Notes: generated by a model not told the origin, from the sequence alone. A stretch of 32,000 bases of DNA from Nitrosarchaeum sp. (GCF_025699065.1 NZ_JAILWF010000001.1:25626-57625), one strand, 5' to 3'. Counted from the stretch's first letter, positions 8,586 to 16,864 are shown. Translations and numbers: made by a program.

Positions 8586-10004
8586 TTGGAAAGCACTGGC
8601 AATATCCAACAATTCACAAATTCCCAAATCATTGAAAAAATTCAATATTTTATAGACACCAATAAAGGTGATGTGGGAAGGCTCTATCACATTTTAGAAC
8701 ATTTCAAACAAAACAAACCCCTTTACCAATCTGACAAAAATTATTTGGAAAGCAAGCTTAATGTATCTTTTGAAATAATTGATGAGAAAAAACCAACCGA
8801 CAATCCTGTCCTCTCAAAGATTCAATTGCTGATAAACGCTGAAACAGGCGACCCTGGAAGATTGCAGCACATCTATGACATGATATATCAAAACAAACCA
8901 CTTTATCATTCTGACCAAGTATACCTTGAAAACAAACTCAACGTACAGAATCCCCCTGAGAATAATCTAGTTACAAAATTTGAATATTCTAAAAACCGTC
9001 ATTCTGCAAAAAAAGAGACAGTTTTTGAGACAAAGCCTCCTGCAAAGCCTCAAGTTCAAAAACTTCGAGGCTCAATGCCAAAGGACTGGTCTCCTCCAGA
9101 AAAAAATTCAAACGAGTTGACTGGAATATATGAGAAAATAAAAACAGAAGAAGAATTGCTTGCAGAAAAGAAAAAAGAACACGATCAACTCCAATTGCAA
9201 CGCTCAAAACTATCTCAGATTATCTTAAACAGAAAAGATTATGAAAAACAGGTCTTACTTGAAAAAACTCTGCTTGAATCTCAAATAAAAGAAGAACATC
9301 TCAGCATTCAAAATCAGACAAAACTATCTGAGCAAATTCTTTCACAGAAAGCAGAACTAGAAAAAGTAAAATCTGAAAGAAATGAATTGATGAAGAAAAT
9401 CTCAGTTGATAAAGAAAAGATAGCAAAAGATTTAGAGTTTCAAAAGAAACAACTCCTCCAGACAAAACTAGAGCAAGAAGAGATTGAAAAGCAGATAAAA
9501 GATGAGCAGATTCAGCTTGCTAAAATGGCTGAAGAACAAAAATCAAACCTGCTCAAACAATCCAAAATAGCACGTGAAATAAATGAAAAGCAAGGATATT
9601 TGGAAAAAACCAAAAAAGAATATGAAGAAATCGTATCTCAGGTAAACCTTGAAAAAAGCAAACTAGTTGAATGTGAAAAACTAAAAAAACTAATTGCCAC
9701 TCAGGAAAAAGATCTGATAAAAGCACAAAAAGAACGACTAAAGATAAACCAGATAATATCAAAAGAAAAAGAAACCATTGCCAAAAAAACAAAAGAGGAA
9801 CAGGCAAAACTAAAGCAGCAAAGCGTCCTTGCAAAACAGCTAGCGTCTGAAAAAAAGAAGCTGGAAAAAATAAAACAAGAACGCAAAAAAGTTGAAGAAA
9901 AGATCAAAAAATCAAAAACAAGAGCATCTAGTAAAAAATCAAAGGCAAAATCTGCCAATTCTGAGCCTAAAATAGCAAAAGCTGAAAATATGGATTCTGC
10001 CTAG
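8586..10004 (+). CDS. Coiled-coil protein with duplicated N-terminal module
   Basis: 472 aa with a TTG start. Two ~45-aa repeats (..GDVGRLYHILEHFKQNKPLYQSDKNYLESKLNV / ..GDPGRLQHIYDMIYQNKPLYHSDQVYLENKLNV) are followed by ~290 aa of K/E/Q-rich heptad-like sequence and a basic tail. No signal peptide or TM helix. Confidence 0.7.
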   Translation: MESTGNIQQFTNSQIIEKIQYFIDTNKGDVGRLYHILEHFKQNKPLYQSDKNYLESKLNVSFEIIDEKKPTDNPVLSKIQLLINAETGDPGRLQHIYDMIYQNKPLYHSDQVYLENKLNVQNPPENNLVTKFEYSKNRHSAKKETVFETKPPAKPQVQKLRGSMPKDWSPPEKNSNELTGIYEKIKTEEELLAEKKKEHDQLQLQRSKLSQIILNRKDYEKQVLLEKTLLESQIKEEHLSIQNQTKLSEQILSQKAELEKVKSERNELMKKISVDKEKIAKDLEFQKKQLLQTKLEQEEIEKQIKDEQIQLAKMAEEQKSNLLKQSKIAREINEKQGYLEKTKKEYEEIVSQVNLEKSKLVECEKLKKLIATQEKDLIKAQKERLKINQIISKEKETIAKKTKEEQAKLKQQSVLAKQLASEKKKLEKIKQERKKVEEKIKKSKTRASSKKSKAKSANSEPKIAKAENMDSA

Positions 10005-10096
10005 ACTGTCTGCATCTAGTCCAGAAGATTCACAATCATGTCGCTCATTGTTAATCACTTCTTTGAATTAAACTAATTTTGAATTGTTTTTGTAAA

Positions 10097-11323
10097 ATGA
10101 AGTTACTTGCCGCATTGGTATTTTTGTCGTTTAGCATAATTCCTGTTGCATACGGTTCTGAAATTACTGGCACTCCTAAAATGGAAGTGTTTGGTCCTAA
10201 TGACTGGATTACTGTTTTTGTAGTTGTTGACGGATATGCTGGCGGTTCTGTTGAATGGACTGCAACTCAACCAGATGGCAAAGTAATTGCTGGCTCTCTT
10301 CCAAGCTTGCAAGCATCAAAGGCAACACACAACATTATTCGAACAGCATTTGATAATCAGTTTGGTAATTGGACAATTCAGTACAATTACAAAGACACTC
10401 AAAAAACAGTTGGCGTTTTTGTCGAACCCTTGGAAGTAAAAATCACTACTGACAAAGATATCTATAGTAAATTTGATAAAGCAATTGTAGCATTTTCTAC
10501 AAACTATTACGAGTCAAGTGCATCAAAAGCTGAAACCTTACATGTAAAAATTCTAGATGATAATGGTTCTCCTGCAAAACTAGTTGAGGAATATAACACC
10601 AAAGTATCGCAAGCAAGTATCATAGAGTACTTTTCAATGGATAATTTGCTAAAACACAATCCTTCTGGAACTTATCACATAGTTGCAAAATATTATTCAG
10701 TAGAAGTTGATGTACCATTTGTTGCTTCAAGTGTAAACGCAGAGACCAACATCTTCATGGGCAGCGACAAAAACCTCTATGATCCTGGTGACCCAGTTGA
10801 AATCAACATAGTCGTGCCTGAGATTTCACTAAATTCTGGAGTTTTGACAATAACATATCCGTCTGGAAAGACAAACACCACAACTATTTCTCCAGTTGCT
10901 CCATTAAATCGAATAAAATATGAAGATGTAACTACTGAGATTGGAACTTTTACTGCCAAGTTTGTGTATGGCCCAAACATTGCAACAAAAACTTTTGACG
11001 TACTTGCAGAAACACTAGAAAAACCAATGTACAAATCTAAAAACATTGAAGACACAGTTGCAATTCCTCAATGGGTCAGAAACAATGCTGACTGGTGGTC
11101 TAAAAACCAAATTACCGATTATGATTTTAAAAATGCCTTACAATACATGATAAGAGAAAATATTATTGTAATTCCTGTTTTGCCTAATTCTGATTCGCCT
11201 GTGACTGAAATTCCAGGATGGATCAAAAATAATGCAAAATTCTGGGTAAATGGTGAAATCACAGATCAAGAATTTGCAAAGAGCATTGCATTTCTAGTGA
11301 CCTCAGGTATTATCAAAATCTAA
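10097..11323 (+). CDS. Secreted protein: three beta-sandwich-like repeats plus a tandem C-terminal ~37-aa module
   Basis: Signal peptide MKLLAALVFLSFSIIPVAYG from ATG 10097. Three ~95-aa segments each end in a G(T/N)(Y/W/F)x(I/A)xxxY-like strand. The C-terminal repeats are IPQWVRNNADWWSKNQITDYDF... and IPGWIKNNAKFWVNGEITDQEF...GIIKI-stop. Confidence 0.75.
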   Translation: MKLLAALVFLSFSIIPVAYGSEITGTPKMEVFGPNDWITVFVVVDGYAGGSVEWTATQPDGKVIAGSLPSLQASKATHNIIRTAFDNQFGNWTIQYNYKDTQKTVGVFVEPLEVKITTDKDIYSKFDKAIVAFSTNYYESSASKAETLHVKILDDNGSPAKLVEEYNTKVSQASIIEYFSMDNLLKHNPSGTYHIVAKYYSVEVDVPFVASSVNAETNIFMGSDKNLYDPGDPVEINIVVPEISLNSGVLTITYPSGKTNTTTISPVAPLNRIKYEDVTTEIGTFTAKFVYGPNIATKTFDVLAETLEKPMYKSKNIEDTVAIPQWVRNNADWWSKNQITDYDFKNALQYMIRENIIVIPVLPNSDSPVTEIPGWIKNNAKFWVNGEITDQEFAKSIAFLVTSGIIKI

Positions 11324-11367
11324 AACACTTCAATAGCTTATATTTGCCAAACTAACTTGGCATCATA

Positions 11368-11745
11368 ATGGTTGCTAAAAAACAAAATCTGCTAAAAATC
11401 GTTGAATCAATGATTAACTTGGATCCAAAAATGCGATTTGCTGCAATCATTGATCAAAAGGGAAACATCAGAGAAGCAATAATGAAGAGTGGAAAGACCT
11501 CACTAAAAACCCAAAAAGAAGAGGAGCATTTTTGCAAACAGGTTGCTCAAAGAAGAAAGATGAGGCAGGAATTTAATCGAACTTTGGGAAAGGTTCGATA
11601 CGTTCACGTTGAAAGAGAAAAAGTAACACAGATGGTAACTTACACCAGAAGAAATATCGTATATTTTACAATGGAGCCTGAAATGCCAACTAACACTAAA
11701 ATCCGAATCATCACAAAAATCAAAAAAATCACAGCTCATCTTTAA
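11368..11745 (+). CDS. Hypothetical protein (125 aa)
   Basis: ATG-started ORF. The segment RFAAIIDQKGNIREAIMKSG faintly resembles a Roadblock/LC7-like opening, but this is not secure. Confidence 0.5.
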   Translation: MVAKKQNLLKIVESMINLDPKMRFAAIIDQKGNIREAIMKSGKTSLKTQKEEEHFCKQVAQRRKMRQEFNRTLGKVRYVHVEREKVTQMVTYTRRNIVYFTMEPEMPTNTKIRIITKIKKITAHL

Positions 11746-11770
11746 TTTTAGTACGTTTGCATTTTGCTAA

Positions 11771-12124
11771 ATGACTCTCAAAAAATACATCATAGATTCA
11801 AAGATGTTTGAATATGACCGCCATTACCGGGAATGTCAGCAGAGCAACCAGCCGTTTATCAAGGCCAAAATAAATCCAATAAACGGAAATTACCATGTCC
11901 AAATCGACATGATGCCATGTGATTACGAGTTTACAGCTGACGGGGAAAAGCAGCTAAAGAAATTATTTGATGACGAGGTTTTGTTTTTGCAGTCATATCC
12001 AAAAAATTCGTTTAGTGGAAGCAGCATCAATAAAGAACTGTCTTGGTTTGATGGCGTCCTGCCTGACAGGTTGGTTTTATTTTGTGAAAAACTATACGAC
12101 ATATCTCAGAATTATCACGGATAG
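11771..12124 (+). CDS. Hypothetical protein (117 aa), first gene of a compositionally atypical pair
   Basis: ATG-started ORF that looks locally richer in G+C than its neighbours by eye. No motif recognised. Confidence 0.5.
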   Translation: MTLKKYIIDSKMFEYDRHYRECQQSNQPFIKAKINPINGNYHVQIDMMPCDYEFTADGEKQLKKLFDDEVLFLQSYPKNSFSGSSINKELSWFDGVLPDRLVLFCEKLYDISQNYHG

Positions 12125-12163
12125 ATTATTTACACTAATATTGAAATTTGGTAAGAGCAACTC

Positions 12164-12448
12164 ATGTCAAAACCAATTAAGATTTTAATTGACGAGATGG
12201 ATGACGGTTGGGACGACAAGCTGCGCAAGTTGGGCTATGACGCGTACAGCGTAAAGAAGCTTCGCAGTGACGGCCTAAAACTGCGTACCGATTATTCTGT
12301 GATAAATTATGCAAAAGAAAACGGCATGATCCTAATTACACGCGATACTGAAAGCGGTCAAGCATGTGAAGAAAATGATTTGCCGTTCATACTACTTGAC
12401 AATGAAGAGATTTTCAAGATAGTAGTTGAGAAATTAAAAAATATTTGA
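12164..12448 (+). CDS. PIN-like (DUF5615 / Mut7-C N-terminal-like) small protein
   Basis: 94 aa. The pattern ILIDEM...KLRKLGYDAYSVKKL...D..VINYAKENGMILITRD matches the LLDENL...G.D...V....D.EI..YA....RVLVT.D layout of these PIN-like domains. All four Arg codons are CGC/CGT and there are several CTG Leu codons. Confidence 0.5.
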   Translation: MSKPIKILIDEMDDGWDDKLRKLGYDAYSVKKLRSDGLKLRTDYSVINYAKENGMILITRDTESGQACEENDLPFILLDNEEIFKIVVEKLKNI

Positions 12449-13009
12449 TCAGTTTACGCTCTCTGTTCCTATCTGAGATATCCTTAGATTTCCTATTACC
12501 TCATTTAGAAACTCTTCTTCTGGCTGATGCACAATTATCTCCATCATTCCTTCCCAACAATCGCTTATCTTTCTTGTAATCTGTGAGAACATTCTGTCTT
12601 TTTTAAATGTGGGATAGTGTGACAATAGTTTCATCACTCCGTCAATTGATTGTACAATGTGGATAAGATGGATTATTGTTCGCAGTCTTTCTTGAAACTC
12701 TAATTTGTTTTGCTCAATTATTTGTTTGAACTCTTTTATGTCCTCAAAGATTATCTCGATCTCTTTATGCACGCCTTTGAGCTGATTGTTTACAGTCTCT
12801 GATATGTTGATTATTTGATATTCAATATGGGATTTGCTGTACATCTTTTTTTCCACCTCTCCTGATTCTACAAGCAAACTAATTTCACGGTGAACCATCT
12901 TTTCATTTCCAACTCTTTTTATCACTCTGCTTGTAAGCTCATTTCCGCGAATCTTTCCACTCTCGTTTAGCACACGTAAAATTTCAGTTCTAATAATGTC
13001 AGAATCCAT
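12449..13009 (-). CDS. Putative winged-helix DNA-binding protein with C-terminal helical domain
   Basis: 186 aa. The N-terminus IRTEILRVLNESGKIRGNELTSRVIKRVG...REISLLVESGEVEKK is wHTH-like. Length and architecture match the 5431 ORF product. Confidence 0.5.
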   Translation of the reverse strand: MDSDIIRTEILRVLNESGKIRGNELTSRVIKRVGNEKMVHREISLLVESGEVEKKMYSKSHIEYQIINISETVNNQLKGVHKEIEIIFEDIKEFKQIIEQNKLEFQERLRTIIHLIHIVQSIDGVMKLLSHYPTFKKDRMFSQITRKISDCWEGMMEIIVHQPEEEFLNEVIGNLRISQIGTESVN

Positions 13010-13074
13010 ATTTTTCTTGTATCAAACTCATTCACTTAAACGTACAAGTGAATTTTGTGGCTATCTGGTTATGA

Positions 13075-13392
13075 TCATCTGTTGTACTTTTCTAAAACCT
13101 TGAACTCGCCGTCTTTTTTTAACTCTTCAATCAGATCTTCTAAAATTTTAATCCCGTTTATGATTGGCTCTTTGTCTAGTTTTTTGTTTTCTAGCTTTTG
13201 CTTTAGTACCATCTTTTCATTGTGTATGAAACTCAAAAGGCTAACTTTGCCCTGTATATCCAAGTTAACGTAAAATTTTACATAATCGCTTGTGGTCTTT
13301 ATGCCCATGTTTTTGGTGATTTTTTCTACTATTTGATTTATTGTTCTAAATTCTGAGGTTAATGATACATCTATGTGTACTATGAAAAACAC
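13075..13392 (-). CDS. Hypothetical protein (105 aa; GTG start, or internal ATG giving 77 aa)
   Basis: Its composition is more protein-like than the overlapping + strand ORF 13055..13273, which is S/F/L-rich. Confidence 0.45.
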   Translation of the reverse strand: MFFIVHIDVSLTSEFRTINQIVEKITKNMGIKTTSDYVKFYVNLDIQGKVSLLSFIHNEKMVLKQKLENKKLDKEPIINGIKILEDLIEELKKDGEFKVLEKYNR

Positions 13393-13428
13393 ACAGAATC
13401 TTATCTTTGTGAAATATTTCCTATTGTT

Positions 13429-13581
13429 ATGTCTGAATTGGAATATGACGTTGTAAATTCCCTAAGGGAATCAACTGACAGAAAAATTGAACGACTAGAA
13501 AAGAGAATAGAAGATTTGCACATGTACATAGGTCATCTTAATGAGCGACTAAATTATCTAAATGAAAAAATTGCCGACTAG
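13429..13581 (+). CDS. Coiled-coil mini-protein (50 aa from ATG 13429)
   Basis: MSELEYDVVNSLRESTDRKIERLEKRIEDLHMYIGHLNERLNYLNEKIAD. The tracked start at 13375 would overlap the divergent gene. Confidence 0.35.
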   Translation: MSELEYDVVNSLRESTDRKIERLEKRIEDLHMYIGHLNERLNYLNEKIAD

Positions 13582-13661
13582 TCATGTCTTCTTTTTTATT
13601 TTTCATACGCCTAATTGCAACAATATGACAGGTTTATTTACAATTTCACCTGTAATGTATT

Positions 13662-13916
13662 ATGGACACATGCGATGTTCGCACTCGTGCATACAAAAAT
13701 GGAAAAACTTTTGCAGAATGCAGAGAAATCGCCGAGTCGATGAATCCATCATTTAAAGAACATATTGAAAAAAATGGAAAAGTTCTGTGGACTGAAATTT
13801 TGGAAAAAGTTGATCATGACGAACTAATTTACAAACTGACATTAAAGTATCTCCGACGAGACGGATACGACATTGGGAATCATAAAATTCCTGAAGTGAA
13901 AAAATTTATTTCGTAG
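13662..13916 (+). CDS. Hypothetical protein (84 aa)
   Basis: ATG-started ORF. Its 3' end overlaps the convergent membrane-protein gene by 11 nt. Confidence 0.45.
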   Translation: MDTCDVRTRAYKNGKTFAECREIAESMNPSFKEHIEKNGKVLWTEILEKVDHDELIYKLTLKYLRRDGYDIGNHKIPEVKKFIS

Positions 13917-14730
13917 AATTTATCTTGCAGCTGCCGTCTGGATTTCTGAGTTTTCTTGCCATTATTATCGGCGTTACAAACAACACTGGGATGGATACTG
14001 CAATGAAAAATGTTTGCAGCTGTGACAATGCAATGGATAGTGCAATGCCACTAGCAGTTCCGACAAATACTGATAGAAACGTACCTGCACATGTTGGACA
14101 TGCAATGAACAATCCTGCAGCTGCTCCAACTGTACTTGCGCCTCTTCCTTTTTTTGATATGGTGTACGCGCTAACTGCAATTGACATGTTCAGCCCAACC
14201 AAGTATGACACTACTAGTTGAAGCACCAAGTTGATTGGTAGAATTTGCAATCCGACATGCTCTGTTAGATATATTATGACTTTGGGCATGTATCCTAATT
14301 GATCACAGCAAGGAGCAACAAACCCTGAAGGTATGGTTGCACCATAATGTGTGATGAAATTTACTTCTGGCTGATACACAAGAGTTCCTGATATCAAAGA
14401 AAAGAAAATTCCATACACGATAAATGTAACTAGAAAAATTTTTCTTGATTTGGAATTCCACGTGGTAATTGCAATTATTGACAAAATGTCAGTTCCATTT
14501 TTTCGCACTTTTTCTTTATGATACATGTACAGCCCGTATGCTATTGCTCCAAACGCTGCAAGCAGTATGATGTAAAACCCATATGCTATTCTTTGAATCG
14601 TATCCATCGCATCTGGTGTGAACACTTCGGGGTTTTGGTATCTTGAATAAATTACAAATATGAACGTCATTACTGCAAATCCTAAAACAATTAGCTTTTT
14701 TCCACTACTGGGATACTTCTCTTCCAACAT
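13906..14730 (-). CDS. Polytopic membrane protein with CC and CPTC cysteine motifs
   Basis: 274 aa with about 6 hydrophobic helices. APCCDQLGY lies in a loop and FIACPTCAGTF lies inside a predicted TM helix. Confidence 0.7.
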   Translation of the reverse strand: MLEEKYPSSGKKLIVLGFAVMTFIFVIYSRYQNPEVFTPDAMDTIQRIAYGFYIILLAAFGAIAYGLYMYHKEKVRKNGTDILSIIAITTWNSKSRKIFLVTFIVYGIFFSLISGTLVYQPEVNFITHYGATIPSGFVAPCCDQLGYMPKVIIYLTEHVGLQILPINLVLQLVVSYLVGLNMSIAVSAYTISKKGRGASTVGAAAGLFIACPTCAGTFLSVFVGTASGIALSIALSQLQTFFIAVSIPVLFVTPIIMARKLRNPDGSCKINSTK

Positions 14731-14984
14731 TTTTTTTGTAATTTGTTTATGAATTAATTCTATTCTCTTGCTTGCATTGATCTTGGCTGTAATTTACGCA
14801 TGAATTTGTATCTGAAATTTTAATTGTCATCTGTTTTGATATATCATTTTGATTGTATGTGATCTGGATCTGAGAAAAATTATTTTCAAATATTTTTTAT
14901 AAAGTCGTGGAAAACTATCACAAGTTAAAATGATTATCATTAGTATCTTTATAAGCAGTGAATCGAAATGTAAATTGCATAACA

Positions 14985-15410
14985 ATGGAAATTGATCAAG
15001 CACAAGAACCAGATTATGAATCAGTAAAAATCGACTATGTTGGATTTGTAGATCCTTATGCAGTTGAAGGAATGCTTGTCCTCAAAGGCGATGATGACAA
15101 AGAGTTTCACATGAGAGCATTTTCTGGCGAGGTTGCAAGACACATATCCAGTTTTGTTGACAGCTCTGCTGAATCAGTTCCGTCAGTTTACAAAATGATA
15201 GAGGAGATTTGCGAAGAAAATGAACTGATACTAGTCAAGGTAAAAATTTATGAAAGCGGTGAAGTGTTGCGCGCAAATCTATACTTTACTGGAAAAAAGG
15301 ATCTTGTGCTGCGAAATTATCGTGCATCTGATGCCATGGCATTAGGAGCTCTGTATAACATTCCAATTCTAGTACGCAAAAATCTGCTAAAAGAACACAT
15401 GGAAGCATAA
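14985..15410 (+). CDS. Bifunctional nuclease (BFN / DUF151) domain protein
   Basis: Pattern ...FHMRAFSGEVARHISSF....VPSVYKMIEEICEENELILVKVKIYE...LRANLYF....LVLRNYRASDAMALGALYNIPILV matches the BFN domain layout, including the R-x-SDA-(I/M)-ALA-like segment. ATG at 14985 is preferred over GTG at 14958. Confidence 0.7.
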   Translation: MEIDQAQEPDYESVKIDYVGFVDPYAVEGMLVLKGDDDKEFHMRAFSGEVARHISSFVDSSAESVPSVYKMIEEICEENELILVKVKIYESGEVLRANLYFTGKKDLVLRNYRASDAMALGALYNIPILVRKNLLKEHMEA

Positions 15411-15468
15411 GTGACATCTGATCACTCTGAAATAAAATTAATCTACAAGTGCAAACTATCCAAATCAA

Positions 15469-15675
15469 GTGACTGAGACTAAAATAGATGATGCATTAGA
15501 TATGCTAAACATTTTTGCAGATACAATCCGTTCTACAATAACTGAGCTTGAAAAGCAAATAGCGAATAAAGAAGATGGTGAGATCAAAAGAACATATGAA
15601 GTGTTTATGGACATGGAGATAAGCAGAATCTACGCAATTGAGGAGATAATTCGCAAACTAGAGTCTGATGAATAA
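15469..15675 (+). CDS. Helical mini-protein (68 aa), paralogue of 4189..4404
   Basis: GTG start. Its similarity to the 4189 ORF product supports both as real genes. Confidence 0.6.
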   Translation: MTETKIDDALDMLNIFADTIRSTITELEKQIANKEDGEIKRTYEVFMDMEISRIYAIEEIIRKLESDE

Positions 15676-16758
15676 CTAGTTTATCTTGATGATTCCAATC
15701 TTTACTAGATGTTCTATTCCACTGATAAAGTCAGCCTCTGTAATCTTGTCTTCTGACCACCATTTTGCATTGTTTCTTACCCACGATGGTATCTCTTGTG
15801 TAAAGATACCCGTAGATTCTCTGACTTGACTAACCTTGATGATGTCTTTTTGCACCAAATACTGGATTCCAACTACAAAATCTCTGTCAGTAATTGTTCC
15901 ACTTGACCACCACTTTGCATTTTGTTTTATCCATTCAGGTATGCCTTGCTCTGCTGGCTTTTCTGATATCGGTTCAAAGATTGGTTGAGGTGTCTCTGCA
16001 ACTGTAGTATTGATTGGTTTGAATCCATTTGGCGTGTAAATCGATTTTATTTTTTGTACATCGATTGGTTTTATCTTCATTAGCTTCGAGTTCTCATGTG
16101 AAAATACTGCCATGATTGACTCTGCATCAACTAGTCCTTTTGCCCAGACTGAATTTACTTCTGGATCATCTGCTTGATAGTGACCCAATCCAAGTGCATG
16201 TCCAATCTCATGAGTTATTGTGGTTCGAAGTTTTTCTGACATTAACATGTCCTCTCCATAACATGCGCTATAGTAGATGTATTTCTCATCACTTGTCTTG
16301 CAGATTTGTATGTCTCTGTAATAGATTTTAATTAATTTAAAACTAGAATCATTTGAATATGTTACTCCAAGTACACGATACATCTCGTTTTTCTCTGTTG
16401 GCATTGGATGAAATTCAATTATGATATTGCAATCTTTTTGCAGATTGTTTTGTGCATCTTTTTCTGTTAGTAGTTTGTAGTTTATCTTCCAGTTATCTTT
16501 AGTGTTTTTTCCTTCTTGCACTTGTAATGCAGATTGCCAGTCCTGGACTGCAAGCCTTGCAGACTCTTCTAGTCTGTCAACACCCCACTGTTTTAGATAT
16601 GGATCCTGTTCTAGTGTTGGTTGATACGTGCAGACAAGTGGTGTGTCAAAGAACTGTCTGCCAAATATTTTGTATTCGATATTATATCCAAACGAGTCAT
16701 GTACAAGATTTATGCTCAAAAGAAAGCCTATTGCAAACAGTATGATTATGATTTTCAA
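15676..16758 (-). CDS. Secreted zinc metalloprotease (metzincin, matrixin/M10-like) with tandem C-terminal ~37-aa module
   Basis: TTG start and signal peptide MKIIIILFAIGFLLSINLV. The extended zinc motif is HEIGHALGLGH (HExxHxxGxxH), with a downstream candidate Met-turn (ESIMAVF). A P/E-rich linker is followed by IPEWIKQNAKWWSSGTITDRDF... and IPSWVRNNAKWWSEDKITEADF...GIIKIN-stop. Confidence 0.85.
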   Translation of the reverse strand: MKIIIILFAIGFLLSINLVHDSFGYNIEYKIFGRQFFDTPLVCTYQPTLEQDPYLKQWGVDRLEESARLAVQDWQSALQVQEGKNTKDNWKINYKLLTEKDAQNNLQKDCNIIIEFHPMPTEKNEMYRVLGVTYSNDSSFKLIKIYYRDIQICKTSDEKYIYYSACYGEDMLMSEKLRTTITHEIGHALGLGHYQADDPEVNSVWAKGLVDAESIMAVFSHENSKLMKIKPIDVQKIKSIYTPNGFKPINTTVAETPQPIFEPISEKPAEQGIPEWIKQNAKWWSSGTITDRDFVVGIQYLVQKDIIKVSQVRESTGIFTQEIPSWVRNNAKWWSEDKITEADFISGIEHLVKIGIIKIN

Positions 16759-16864
16759 TGTTTTTGTTGATTTTCTAAAAACTTAAGGATTTAGTAGAAT
16801 AGAATAATACTGTCAGTTTTATTTTTGCTAAACATATTTAATGTCAAATCAAAAATTGCAAAAC

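Noticed and set aside
8989-9958. Repetitive purine-rich DNA with long antisense ORFs (8989..9207, 9553..9834, 9701..9958) that at first looked like a repeat array
   Set aside because: There is no unit-length periodicity or spacer structure. The pattern comes from K/E/Q codon bias of the coiled-coil gene on the plus strand. The antisense products are F/L/S-rich artefacts.
13055-13273. Plus-strand 72-aa ORF
   Set aside because: Its S/F/L-rich low-complexity product is antisense to the more protein-like ORF 13075..13392.
13562-13756. Plus-strand 64-aa ORF overlapping 13662..13916 in another frame
   Set aside because: It starts within the end of the preceding ORF. Its product is Cys/His/Arg-rich and irregular. 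The alternative frame gives a more plausible protein. I saw no evidence of a frameshifted larger gene.
14837-14846. 10-bp palindrome TGATATATCA in the 254-bp divergent intergenic region
   Set aside because: It is short, A/T-dominated and contains a TATA core. It is most simply a promoter element or chance.
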